A stretch of 50,198 nt of DNA from Pirellulales bacterium (lineage in GTDB: Bacteria; Planctomycetota; Planctomycetia; Pirellulales; JAICIG01). Made by a program: the position numbers and the translations under genes. This document shows positions 1-8,802 of this stretch, piece by piece. The stretch is from assembly GCA_035694685.1 (NCBI GenBank), contig DASSFG010000305.1, positions 1 through 50,198 on the forward strand, in the 5' to 3' direction. Positions within the stretch are counted from its first letter, which is position 1; every line of letters begins with the position of its first letter. The notes under the pieces were generated by a model. It saw only the letters and a program-made list of their open reading frames with translations, was not told the DNA's origin and did no database searches.

Positions 1-362
<362 letters not shown>

Positions 363-487
363 ATCGCTGGCGGCCGCAACCGCCAAGGCCACCGAATTTA
401 TGCGCGTGAAGCGAGTTCAGCTCTCGATCGCGAGTTGGACACCACACAAGCCACGACATAGAATACCTTCGTACATTATGAACCGGG

Positions 488-739
488 ATGCCTGCAATAA
501 TGGACCGAGAAATATCGATTGTCGATCGCGGACGAGGGCCGCAGCTTTCCACTAGTCGCATAACCATTCAGGATCTGTTCCCCTATTTCGAATCGGGTTA
601 TACGCCCGAACAGATCATTCGTGAGGCTATGCCGAGCCTTTCGGTGCCCGAGATCGAGATCGCTCGGCGCTATGTCGAGGAGCATCGCGAAGACGTGGTC
701 GCGGAAGACCGGCTAATTCGTGAGTGGAATGCGACATGA
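488..739 (+). CDS. DUF433-family small protein (antitoxin-like HTH)
   Basis: 83 aa. DRGRGPQLSTSRITIQDLFPYFESGYTPEQIIREAMPSLSVPEIEIARRYV matches the DUF433 pattern (G.P.i.gtRItv.dil......G.s.eeI...yP.Lt.edI.aAl.Y). Confidence 0.7.
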   Translation: MPAIMDREISIVDRGRGPQLSTSRITIQDLFPYFESGYTPEQIIREAMPSLSVPEIEIARRYVEEHREDVVAEDRLIREWNAT

Positions 740-836
740 CGAAACGCGCCAGAGGTGGAGGAAGTCCTACACAAGGGTCGGCAGAAGGTGATGGAGCGTC
801 TTGCTTACTACCGCCAGCTACGAGGCGAGGGCTCCA

Positions 837-1001
837 ATGGTGAAGGGCGTCCTGGCTGACGTAAATATTGAAGCGCACGTCGACTACATGATGGCGCTTG
901 TGCGAGCCGAGCCCTGGAGTGACCTGTGGCGGGAGCTTGGGCTAGTATACGCGACCTTCGCCGACGTTGGCCTTGTGCGCGAGGCACCCGACCCAAGATG
1001 A
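837..1001 (+). CDS. Small ORF downstream of DUF433, possibly a truncated or frameshifted partner gene
   Basis: ATG at 837 gives MVKGVLADVNIEAHVDYMMALVRAEPWSDLWRELGL... The ORF stops after 54 codons, and the +1 frame is then open from about 1003 into ORF 1060..1521. No motif recognised with certainty. Confidence 0.3.
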   Translation: MVKGVLADVNIEAHVDYMMALVRAEPWSDLWRELGLVYATFADVGLVREAPDPR

Positions 1002-1122
1002 ATGATGGCGACTCGGCATCACTGCGGACATAAACCGGTTACCGACGGCCCCGCTAAACTTGCCCGCCCGCCGCGACGATAATCTTTCGGGGGCTGTACC
1101 CACGAAGCCAGAGTCCAGCTTT

Positions 1123-1521
1123 ATGGTAACGGACGACCCCACCGAGGCAATCCGCGAGCATATCCAGCGAATTGTGGCGGTTTGCCGAAGATTTCCTCGC
1201 GATCGCCAGCGAAATGAAGTGGCCGCCTACTGCCAGCGGCTGCTGGCCGAAGGGGTGCAAGGTCCCACCGTTTCGGCCATCGAGCGACACTGCTTGGAGT
1301 GTCTGTTCATCGACGTGGGCCGGGGTCTTCCTTCGCCCCAAGCCATTGCGACCTACGCCGAGGCCATCGAGCGTGGTTGCCGCGAATTGCCGCCGGCTCA
1401 CTGGCCCAACCACGTGATTCAGACGCTCGTTTGGCTGGAAAAGGCCGGCATTGATCGCCAGATCGTGAACGCCGTCGACGACGAGGTTGAACGACGGCTG
1501 CGACTCGGAGCCTCTCGCTAG
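1123..1521 (+). CDS. Hypothetical protein
   Basis: ORF 1060..1521 with an internal ATG at 1123 (MVTDDPTEAIREHIQRIV...). The composition is non-repetitive and protein-like. No family recognised. Confidence 0.4.
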   Translation: MVTDDPTEAIREHIQRIVAVCRRFPRDRQRNEVAAYCQRLLAEGVQGPTVSAIERHCLECLFIDVGRGLPSPQAIATYAEAIERGCRELPPAHWPNHVIQTLVWLEKAGIDRQIVNAVDDEVERRLRLGASR

Positions 1522-1557
1522 TGGTTTGTCAACCATGTAAGGACGGATGGCGATGGT

Positions 1558-1634
1558 GTAGGGTGGGACGAGCGAAGCGAGTCCCACCATGCGAAATCAT
1601 AATGGTGGGACTCGCTTCGCTCGTCCCACCCTAC
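1558..1634. repeat. Palindromic repeat family A (GTAGGGTGGGACGAGCGAAGCGAGTCCCACC), perfect 33-bp inverted arms
   Basis: The arm at 1558-1590 is the exact reverse complement of 1602-1634, with an 11-nt loop. Each arm also contains its own GGTGGGAC...GTCCCACC hairpin. Other copies lie at 36752-36830 and, as a variant, 11535-11752. Confidence 0.95.
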
Positions 1635-1727
1635 GTGAACGCCGGCATCGATCACTCGAAGGTTGACGACGCACTAGTGCTCTGTCAGGTATCGACCTGG
1701 ACGGGCCCGGCGGAATAAGATCGACGA

Positions 1728-4700
1728 GTGAGCCTCTCGACGCCTTTTATCCATCGCCCAGTCGGCACCACGCTGTTGACGGCGGCCATTATGCTGGCCG
1801 GAGCGTTGGGCTACTTGCTGCTGCCTGTCTCGGCGCTGCCGCAGGTCGATTTCCCTACGATTCAGGTCACCGCGACGCTCCCAGGCGCCAGTCCTGAAAC
1901 AATGGCCTCGGCTGTCGCCACGCCGTTGGAGCGACAGTTCGGCCGTATCGCCGGCGTCACGGAAATGACGTCGGCCAGCTATCTGGGCATCACGCAGATT
2001 ACGTTGCAGTTTGATTTGAACCGCAACATCAACGCGGCCGCGCGCGACGTGCAGGCCGCCATCAATGCCGCCCGCGGCCGGCTGCCACCCAACTTGCCGC
2101 AAAACCCCACCTATCGCAAGATCAACCCGGCCGACGCGCCGATCATGATCTTAGCGCTGACCAGCGAGACGTACACCAAAGCCCAGATGTACGACGCCGC
2201 CTCGACGATCTTGCAGCAGAAGCTTTCGCAGGTGAAGGGCGTGGGCCAGGTGATGGTGGGCGGCGGCGCGCCGCCCGGCGTGCGGATCGACGTCAATCCC
2301 ACCGTCATGAACCACTTTGGCGTCGGACTGGACGACGTGCGCACTGCAGTGGGCAACGCCAACGCAAACCGGCCCAAGGGTCAAATTGCCGACGAAACGC
2401 GGGCCTGGTCGATCGCCGCCACCGATCAATTGCTCACAGCCGAGGAATACCGACCACTGATCGTCGTCTATCGCAACGGCGCCCCCGTGCGATTGGGCGA
2501 CGTGGCCACCGTCACCGACTCGGTCGAGGACCTGCGCAGCGGCGGGCTGTGCAATGGCGATCCTTCGATCATGCTCGTCATCTTCCGGCAACCAGGCGCG
2601 AACATCATCGAAACCGTCGATCGCCTGCACGCCATGCTGCCTCAACTAGACGCCCAAATCCCCGCCGACATTAACCTCATCGTGGCCCTCGACCGCACGG
2701 TGACCATTCGCGCGTCGGTTTACGAGGTACAGCTCACGCTGATCATCTCCGTGTTGCTGGTGATTCTCGTCGTGTTTCTCTTTTTGCGCAACGTGCGGGC
2801 GACGATCATTCCGAGCGTCGCGGTGCCGGCCTCGCTGGTGGGCACGTTTGGCGCGATGTATCTGGCCGGCTACAGTCTCGACAACCTCTCGCTGATGGCC
2901 TTGGCCATCGCCACCGGCTTCGTGGTCGACGACGCCATTGTGGTCATCGAGAACATCTCGCGGCACCTTGAAGAAGGCATGAGCCCCATGGCGGGGGCCA
3001 TGCGCGGCGCCAAGGAGATCGGCTTTACGGTGCTGTCGATCAGTGTTTCGCTGGTGGCGGTGTTCATACCCATCCTGCTGATGAGCGGCATTGTGGGGCG
3101 ATTGTTCCGCGAATTCGCGGTAACGCTCTCGGTGGCCATTCTGGTCTCGCTCGTGATATCGCTCACCACCACGCCGATGATGTGCGCCTACATGCTCAGA
3201 GAAGCGGCGAGCGAGCGGCATGGGCCGGTTTATGCGCTGTCTGAGTGGCTGTTCAACTTTATCGTCGGCTGGTATGCCCGCACGCTCGGCTGGGTACTGG
3301 GCCACCAGCGATTCACCATGCTGGTCACGCTCTGCTTGATCGGCATTACTTCCTATCTCTACGTGATCGTGCCCAAGGGCTTTTTTCCGCAGCAAGACAC
3401 GGGCCGCCTGTCCGGCAACTTGCTGGCCGATCAAGACACCTCGTTTCAGGCCATGAACTTCTTGATGAAGCGGTTTGCCGACGCAGTCATGGAAGATCCG
3501 GCGGTGGAAGGTTTGACCGTATCGACCGGCGGGCAAAGCGGCGCCACCAACGCCGCTCGCATGTTTATCACGCTCAAGCCGCTGGAAGTCCGCGGACTGC
3601 GCGCCGACGAGGTAATTGCCCGCCTGCGTCCCAAGCTGGCCCGATTGCCGGGCGCGACGCTCTTTATGTCGGCCTATCAAGAGCTGCGCATCGGGGGCCG
3701 CGCGAGCAGCACTCAATATCAGTACACGATTCGCGGCGACAACCTCGACGATTTGAGAATCTGGGGGCCCAAGCTGCGCGACGCCATGCGCAAGTTGCCG
3801 GCATTGGCCGACGTAAACAGCGACCAGCAAAACGGCGGCTTACAATCGGCACTGCAGATCGACCGTGTGGCCGCAGCCCGGCTGGGAATCACCATGCAAC
3901 AGATCGACGATACCTTGTACGACGCTTTCGGGCAGCGGATGGTCTCGACCATGTACAAACCCCTGAATCAATATCACGTGGTGATGGAAGTCGAGCCGAC
4001 GTTCTGGCAGAATCCCGACGCTCTGCGTCACGTATACGTCAAAGGCCAAAACGGCGCGGAGGTGCCGCTCAGCGCCCTGTATCGCTACACAACCGCGGCG
4101 ACGCCCATCTCGGTGAATCACTCCGGGCAGTTTCCTTCTGTGACCATTTCGTTCAATCTGGCGGCCGGCTTCGCGCTGGGCGACGCTGTGGAGCAGGTCA
4201 ATCAGCTTACCAATGAGATGGGGCTGCCCGAGTCGATTCAGGGGAGCTTTCAGGGCACGGCCCAGGCGTTTCAGGCTTCGTTGAGCAACCAACCGTGGCT
4301 GATTTTGGCGGCGCTGGTGGCGGTGTATATCGTGCTGGGCATGCTTTATGAAAGTTTCATTCACCCGCTGACGATCCTCTCGACTCTGCCGTCGGCGGGC
4401 GTCGGCGCGCTATTGGCTTTGCTGGTCTGCGGCATGGAGTTGAACGTCATGGGCTTGATCGGCATTCTGCTTTTGATCGGCATCGTGAAGAAGAACGCGA
4501 TCATGATGATCGACTTTGCTTTGGAAGCCGAGCGCGACCACGGCAAGCTGCCCGAGGCGGCCATTTACGAAGCCTGCCTATTGCGATTTCGCCCGATCAC
4601 CATGACCACCATGGCGGCGCTATTGGGCGCTTTGCCCTTGGCAATGGGTACGGGCAACGGCGCCGAGCTCCGCCGGCCGCTGGGCATTGCCATTGTCGGT

Positions 4701-4814
4701 GGATTGATCTTCAGCCAACTGCTGACGCTCTACACCACGCCGGTGGTCTACCTTTACATGGACCGCATGCAGCAGTGGTTTCGCCGCCGCCGGGCGACGC
4801 ACGAAGTGGCCTAA
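1728..4814 (+). CDS. RND-family multidrug efflux transporter, inner-membrane subunit (AcrB/MdtB/MdtC-like)
   Basis: 1028 aa. The N-terminus MSLSTPFIHRPVGTTLLTAAIMLAG...LPQVDFPTIQV, the 12-TM layout and the C-terminal block VKKNAIMMIDFALEAER...ACLLRFRPITMTTMAALLGALPLA are diagnostic for HAE1 RND pumps. Confidence 0.95.
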   Translation: MSLSTPFIHRPVGTTLLTAAIMLAGALGYLLLPVSALPQVDFPTIQVTATLPGASPETMASAVATPLERQFGRIAGVTEMTSASYLGITQITLQFDLNRNINAAARDVQAAINAARGRLPPNLPQNPTYRKINPADAPIMILALTSETYTKAQMYDAASTILQQKLSQVKGVGQVMVGGGAPPGVRIDVNPTVMNHFGVGLDDVRTAVGNANANRPKGQIADETRAWSIAATDQLLTAEEYRPLIVVYRNGAPVRLGDVATVTDSVEDLRSGGLCNGDPSIMLVIFRQPGANIIETVDRLHAMLPQLDAQIPADINLIVALDRTVTIRASVYEVQLTLIISVLLVILVVFLFLRNVRATIIPSVAVPASLVGTFGAMYLAGYSLDNLSLMALAIATGFVVDDAIVVIENISRHLEEGMSPMAGAMRGAKEIGFTVLSISVSLVAVFIPILLMSGIVGRLFREFAVTLSVAILVSLVISLTTTPMMCAYMLREAASERHGPVYALSEWLFNFIVGWYARTLGWVLGHQRFTMLVTLCLIGITSYLYVIVPKGFFPQQDTGRLSGNLLADQDTSFQAMNFLMKRFADAVMEDPAVEGLTVSTGGQSGATNAARMFITLKPLEVRGLRADEVIARLRPKLARLPGATLFMSAYQELRIGGRASSTQYQYTIRGDNLDDLRIWGPKLRDAMRKLPALADVNSDQQNGGLQSALQIDRVAAARLGITMQQIDDTLYDAFGQRMVSTMYKPLNQYHVVMEVEPTFWQNPDALRHVYVKGQNGAEVPLSALYRYTTAATPISVNHSGQFPSVTISFNLAAGFALGDAVEQVNQLTNEMGLPESIQGSFQGTAQAFQASLSNQPWLILAALVAVYIVLGMLYESFIHPLTILSTLPSAGVGALLALLVCGMELNVMGLIGILLLIGIVKKNAIMMIDFALEAERDHGKLPEAAIYEACLLRFRPITMTTMAALLGALPLAMGTGNGAELRRPLGIAIVGGLIFSQLLTLYTTPVVYLYMDRMQQWFRRRRATHEVA

Positions 4815-4868
4815 TTCGTTGCGGCCCGGAATCCGCGGGAGGGCCAATTCGTCTGCTACACCGACCAC

Positions 4869-4897
4869 ATGTCATCAGCCTACACGGACGTTATAAT
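4869..4897 (+). promoter_or_regulatory. Candidate sigma-70-type promoter for the vapBC-like operon
   Basis: ATGTCA (4869-4874), a 17-nt spacer, then TATAAT (4892-4897). An AAGGAG Shine-Dalgarno sits 8 nt before the ATG at 4928. Confidence 0.4.
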
Positions 4898-4927
4898 TGA
4901 GTTCACCACTACAAAGGAGCCGTATCC

Positions 4928-5164
4928 ATGCGACCAATCCAACTCGAATCTCAGGTCGGACCTGATGGCGTGTTACAGCTCGCCGTGCCGATCGGAACAT
5001 CCGAAGCCAACCGTCGCGTCATGATCACGATTGAACAGTCATCGCGCGACTTTGAACAGCAAACCAGCGCAGCCGGCCAACACGCGTCACTGTATGGATC
5101 GTGCGTCGGATTAGGTCTGGAAGAACCTCCTGATCTGCCTCTGCCTCCATTGCGTGTCGAATGA
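4928..5164 (+). CDS. Type II antitoxin (VapB-like) partner of the downstream PIN toxin
   Basis: 78 aa. It is preceded by AAGGAG, and its stop overlaps the vapC start (ATGA at 5161-5164). Position and size are typical of antitoxins, but the fold itself was not recognised. Confidence 0.65.
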   Translation: MRPIQLESQVGPDGVLQLAVPIGTSEANRRVMITIEQSSRDFEQQTSAAGQHASLYGSCVGLGLEEPPDLPLPPLRVE

Positions 5165-5571
5165 AGTACTTGCTCGATACGAATGCTTGCATTCGCTACC
5201 TCAATGGCAAGTCGGAGTTGCTTCGCCAGCGAATCGATAGCACCGGGGACGACGAGATCGTTGTTTGTTCGATTGTCGAAGCGGAATTGTTCTTTGGCGC
5301 GGCCAAAAGTTCCGACCCGCCAAAGACGTTGCAGCGTCAGCATACCTTCCTTTCGCGGTTTCTTTCTTTGCCGTTCGATTCAGCTTCCGCGGACGTATAT
5401 GGCCCGGTGCGGGCGGCGCTCGAGGTGGCGGGAACGCCCATTGGTGCGCACGATCTTCTCATTTCGGCCGTCGCGCTGACACGTCAGTTAACCGTGGTTA
5501 CCGCAAACACGGCGGAATTTCAGCGGGTGCCGGGGCTGCAGATCGAGAACTGGGAGGTCGCCGCTACCTAA
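5161..5571 (+). CDS. vapC: PIN-domain ribonuclease toxin VapC
   Basis: 136 aa. MKYLLDTNACIRYL... (first acidic residue), SIVEAELFFGA (Glu), AHDLLISAVAL...LTVVTANTAEFQRV (PIN D..n.f.r motif). Confidence 0.9.
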   Translation: MKYLLDTNACIRYLNGKSELLRQRIDSTGDDEIVVCSIVEAELFFGAAKSSDPPKTLQRQHTFLSRFLSLPFDSASADVYGPVRAALEVAGTPIGAHDLLISAVALTRQLTVVTANTAEFQRVPGLQIENWEVAAT

Positions 5572-5595
5572 GTCGATCGCGCAGCGCCGATCGAC
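5572..5595. terminator. Hairpin between convergent vapC and the AbrB-type antitoxin gene
   Basis: GTCGATCG (5572-5579) pairs with CGATCGAC (5588-5595). There is no U-tract, so function as a terminator is uncertain. Confidence 0.3.
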
Positions 5596-5610
5596 GCACG
5601 GATTGTGCCG

Positions 5611-5829
5611 TCACTCGGCAAGCCTCTTTAGCGCCTGGCTATATTGGCGATTGGTCTTCTCCAAGGCGGCCTGAAATCGCTCTTGCCTGCCGGCGGGGGT
5701 GACCACCAACGTTTGACCGTCGGTACTGATTTCCAGCGGCGTTTCCGGATCGATCTTCAGCAGGTCGAGCACGGGCTTGTCAAGGATCAGCGCCCAGTTG
5801 TCGCCATGTTTTGTCAGCTTCTGAATCAT
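5611..5829 (-). CDS. AbrB/MazE/SpoVT-fold antitoxin-like protein (solitary)
   Basis: 72 aa. MIQKLTKHGDNWALILDKPVLDLLKIDPETPLEISTDGQTLVVTP is the swapped-hairpin AbrB-type antitoxin pattern. No toxin ORF follows it on the minus strand. Confidence 0.7.
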   Translation of the reverse strand: MIQKLTKHGDNWALILDKPVLDLLKIDPETPLEISTDGQTLVVTPAGRQERFQAALEKTNRQYSQALKRLAE

Positions 5830-5928
5830 GCCACATTCTCCTCGCTCGTCGGACGTCTATCCAAGGTATCACCTGCACGAAGCCTGGCCAAGCTTACGCC
5901 TCCCAGAGAGGCCGTGTCAGTTCTGGTT

Positions 5929-6618
5929 CTATCTCACGCCCAACATCGTCTCCAATCCGAGCGGTTCGCGGCTGGCGAAGGGTTCGCCGTAGGCGACGCC
6001 GATCGTGCTGCCCCAGTAGGCAGCCTGATCGCGCCAGCGGTCGAGGAACGTCGGGGGATCGGTCGGGCGGCCGGTGACGAATTGGCTTTGATAGCACTCG
6101 ATCGCGGCCCGCTTGCGGTCCCAGTATCGGCTGATGTCGAGCACGAACGCCGGCGGCACGACCAGCTTGATGTGTACGCCGAAGTAATAAAACACGCGTT
6201 CCGGATGGTGCGGCTCGCCGGGCATGTCGGTCTTGGTCAGCTTGGCCCAAAAACGGGCCGCTTCTACTAATTCGGTCGCGGCGACGTGATCGGGGTGCGA
6301 ATCGACCCAATAGGGCGCGAAGAGCCAACGGGGCCGCGTCGTGCGAATGACGCCCGCCAGCTTTTCGCGGGCCTCGAGCGTCGCTTCCAGCCGGCGATTG
6401 GGCAAGCCCAGGTTCTCGCGCCACTCGACGCCCAGGATGCGTGTGGCCGCCTCCGTCTCCCTGGCCCTAATTTCCGGGCTGCCGTGCGGCGTCGGCTCCC
6501 CGTTAGTGAGGTCGAGGATGCCCACCCGCCAACCGTCGTCCCGAAAGCGCATGATCGCCCCCGCCATGCCGAGCTCGGCATCGTCAGGGTGCGGTGCGAT
6601 GATCAGAACGTCAAGCAT
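5929..6618 (-). CDS. PIG-L/LmbE-family N-acetylglucosaminyl deacetylase (BshB1-like)
   Basis: 229 aa. The motifs VLIIAPHPDDAELGMAG, LTNGEPTPHGSPEIRARE and DSHPDHVAA match the metal-binding signature AHPDD.E / HpDH of the family. Confidence 0.85.
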   Translation of the reverse strand: MLDVLIIAPHPDDAELGMAGAIMRFRDDGWRVGILDLTNGEPTPHGSPEIRARETEAATRILGVEWRENLGLPNRRLEATLEAREKLAGVIRTTRPRWLFAPYWVDSHPDHVAATELVEAARFWAKLTKTDMPGEPHHPERVFYYFGVHIKLVVPPAFVLDISRYWDRKRAAIECYQSQFVTGRPTDPPTFLDRWRDQAAYWGSTIGVAYGEPFASREPLGLETMLGVR

Positions 6619-6658
6619 GATTCCGTTCGTCTAGCGAAGTGGGTCAAGAGAGCGGCAC

Positions 6659-7645
6659 TTAGCGGAGTTCGCCTGCGCTAGGTCCAGCGAAAGGCGATGC
6701 AACCGGCTGCTGAATTCTGGCGGCTGCCGTCGGCTGTCCTGTCATGGCCAAATAGGCCACTGCCCACATCAGGGCAACAAAACCAATCGCGGGAAAGGCC
6801 CCGACACAACAGACTAAAGCACCCAGCATGCTTACGCCGATCGTGGCCAAAGCCAAGACAAAAAGCTGAAGCTTGTTGCCCGACGTGATCTTGCTCGACG
6901 TCGAGAGCGACTCCATGACGCCGAGTTCTCTGTCTACAACAAGATAAAACATCTGACTGTACATGAGCGCAAAGATAATTCCAGGCACGATCAAAAGCAG
7001 GATGCCGAATGTAACAGCTAGGTATATGAGAAACCGAGCCGCTAGGGCCACGGGCCAGAATCGAGCACCGGAGAATAACGCCCCGATTTCCGCGGGCTGG
7101 CCGCGGGCAACTTTCAGCATGTAGATCGCCATGCCCGCCTCGAGCCACGTGCCGAACAGGAACGCAAGCGCTTGGACAACAAGTTGAATGGTAAAAACGT
7201 CGGCAGGAGCAGGCTGGCCGCCGCGAGCACCCATTAGCGAAAAAGACACGACTTGCCCTACAACGAAACCGAAGCTGGCCTGGCATATCCAGAATACAAA
7301 GCCGACCAGGGCCATCATCCAGAAATCTTCTTTGAAAATGATCCACGTGCGATTGAGGACGTCGCCAGCGTCCAACGGTTGCGGCTGCAGCGGTCGTTGA
7401 ACCGTCTCGGAACCTGGGTACCAAGAAGCGCTCGCCGGTGACTGATAAGGATTGTCACTTTGTACAGGCGGTGCCGGCATGGCGGGTACCGCCGGCCGCT
7501 CCGTAAAGGGGTTTTGGGCGATGGCAGATTGGCCTGGGATCGCTTGCACGGCGTTGCACGATGGACAGCGGGCCTGTTTACCCGCGGCATCATCGCCTAC
7601 ACGCAACACCTTGCCGCACTGAGAACAAGGAAACTCGATCGACAT
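6659..7645 (-). CDS. Membrane protein: N-terminal zinc ribbon + Pro-rich linker + DUF975/YciC-like multi-TM domain
   Basis: 328 aa. MSIEFPCSQCGKVLRVGDDAAGKQARCPSCNAVQAIP (CxxC...CxxC), then a P/Q-rich linker and about 5 TM segments (LLLIVPGIIFALMYSQMFYLVVD pattern). Confidence 0.75.
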   Translation of the reverse strand: MSIEFPCSQCGKVLRVGDDAAGKQARCPSCNAVQAIPGQSAIAQNPFTERPAVPAMPAPPVQSDNPYQSPASASWYPGSETVQRPLQPQPLDAGDVLNRTWIIFKEDFWMMALVGFVFWICQASFGFVVGQVVSFSLMGARGGQPAPADVFTIQLVVQALAFLFGTWLEAGMAIYMLKVARGQPAEIGALFSGARFWPVALAARFLIYLAVTFGILLLIVPGIIFALMYSQMFYLVVDRELGVMESLSTSSKITSGNKLQLFVLALATIGVSMLGALVCCVGAFPAIGFVALMWAVAYLAMTGQPTAAARIQQPVASPFAGPSAGELR

Positions 7646-7694
7646 CTTGACGCTCGCCGGAAGAAGATTCTAATCACCAGGCAGCAACGCGCCG

Positions 7695-7754
7695 TCAGGC
7701 GGATGATAGCATGAACGCAACCGCGGCATTTTTCCAGTGGCCGCCGATAATTTC
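7695..7754 (-). promoter_or_regulatory. Conserved upstream leader/promoter block shared with the paralogous gene at 8754
   Basis: TCAGGCGGATGATAGCATG..CGCAA..GCGGC.TTTTTCCAGTGGCC..CCG..AATTT begins 50 nt upstream of the start codon. A near-identical block begins 49 nt upstream of the 8754 start. Confidence 0.4.
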
Positions 7755-7854
7755 TGTTTATGTTCCCGCGAACGGGATGCGATTCGATGTTCAGAATCGA
7801 GCATGAACCTAGGGCCGCGGTTCCGCAGGCTATTGAAGCTGCGATCACGGGAGC

Positions 7855-8754
7855 CTAGCGTGCCCCTGCAATCAATGCTGCAAAGAGGACTGCGTACATT
7901 GCAATGATCGAGCCACAGCAGACGATGACCGGTATTAATACCGCAAAAGTGGCCTTTCCACCGGTGGTTTCCTGCGCGTATGCGAAGCCCATTCCCGTCA
8001 GCACCAGTCCGAAGATCATTTGGATATGAGGGCCGCACAACGGTACAAGTCCCAGCGGGGTCGCACACCCGAAGCCATAATTAACCACACGATACGTTGT
8101 CTCAAAGGGTTGGTTGGCGCCTCCGACGATCATCAAACAGAGATGAAAAATGGCCGACAGCAAAAATGCCTGCATGATTATTCCGAGAGGAATACCGACT
8201 AAAAATACAATGAGCGTGACCACTAGCGGTGCGGCCACCTCCGCGCCTCCGTTTGGTTGGTTCGGAATCAACGCAAGAGCTTGAAATCCGAGCTGATAGC
8301 AACATGCGGCGAGGCCGGCCAGCATTCCACCGACAAAAGCAAAACCCAGAGGCGCCATCAAGCCACCTTCGCGACGCATCTCTCGAAACAGTAACTGCGG
8401 AGAAGAGTACGCCTGCTTGAGCGTGGCCATGAAGGAAGCAAACGAGGCGCCGTCGCGTTCCCACGGCGGCCCGGTGCGCGGTCCCCAATATTCAGTGAAC
8501 GGCGCCGGCGACGGCATCTCAGGGATCGACGTGGGTGACGCGTACGGATTGAGTGGGTCGGCGGTGGGCCTCGCACCGTATCCGCCCGATGGTCCTGCCG
8601 CCTGACCTGGGACTGGCGGAGGACCGCCGGCACCTGATGTAAAGGGTATGGGTTGCACGGAACCGCACGACGGACAGCGGGCCTGCTTGCCGGCGGCGTC
8701 GTCGCCAACCCGCAACAGTTTGCCGCACTGCGAACAAGGGAACTCGATCGACAT
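7855..8754 (-). CDS. Membrane protein: N-terminal zinc ribbon + Pro-rich linker + Yip1-like multi-TM domain
   Basis: The start is chosen at MSIEFPCSQCGKLLRVGDDAAGKQARCPSCGSVQPIP (residue 15 of ORF 7855..8796) by homology with 6659..7645. The C-terminal part PWERDGASFASFMATLKQAYSSPQLLFREM..., followed by 5 TM segments, resembles YIP1-family proteins. Confidence 0.75.
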   Translation of the reverse strand: MSIEFPCSQCGKLLRVGDDAAGKQARCPSCGSVQPIPFTSGAGGPPPVPGQAAGPSGGYGARPTADPLNPYASPTSIPEMPSPAPFTEYWGPRTGPPWERDGASFASFMATLKQAYSSPQLLFREMRREGGLMAPLGFAFVGGMLAGLAACCYQLGFQALALIPNQPNGGAEVAAPLVVTLIVFLVGIPLGIIMQAFLLSAIFHLCLMIVGGANQPFETTYRVVNYGFGCATPLGLVPLCGPHIQMIFGLVLTGMGFAYAQETTGGKATFAVLIPVIVCCGSIIAMYAVLFAALIAGAR

Positions 8755-8802
8755 GGAATGCTCGCGGGATGAAAACTGATTGACCATGCAGGCCATGCAC
8801 CC

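Noticed and set aside
1054-1718. ORFs translating repeat DNA (1054..1590 -, 1521..1718 +, also 11466..11669 -, 36801..37007 +, 42080..42298 -) with peptides such as VGLASLVPPY or SFVIRHSSFVIRHS
   Set aside because: These reading frames are created by the palindromic repeat families and occur on both strands. They are not considered coding.
2646-3830. 394-aa minus-strand ORF (plus 2151..2645, 3245..4216, 3840..4364 and others) inside the RND transporter gene
   Set aside because: These are antisense or alternative-frame shadow ORFs typical of high-GC DNA. Their translations are Arg/His/Gly-rich with no motifs, while the plus-strand frame encodes an unmistakable full-length RND pump.
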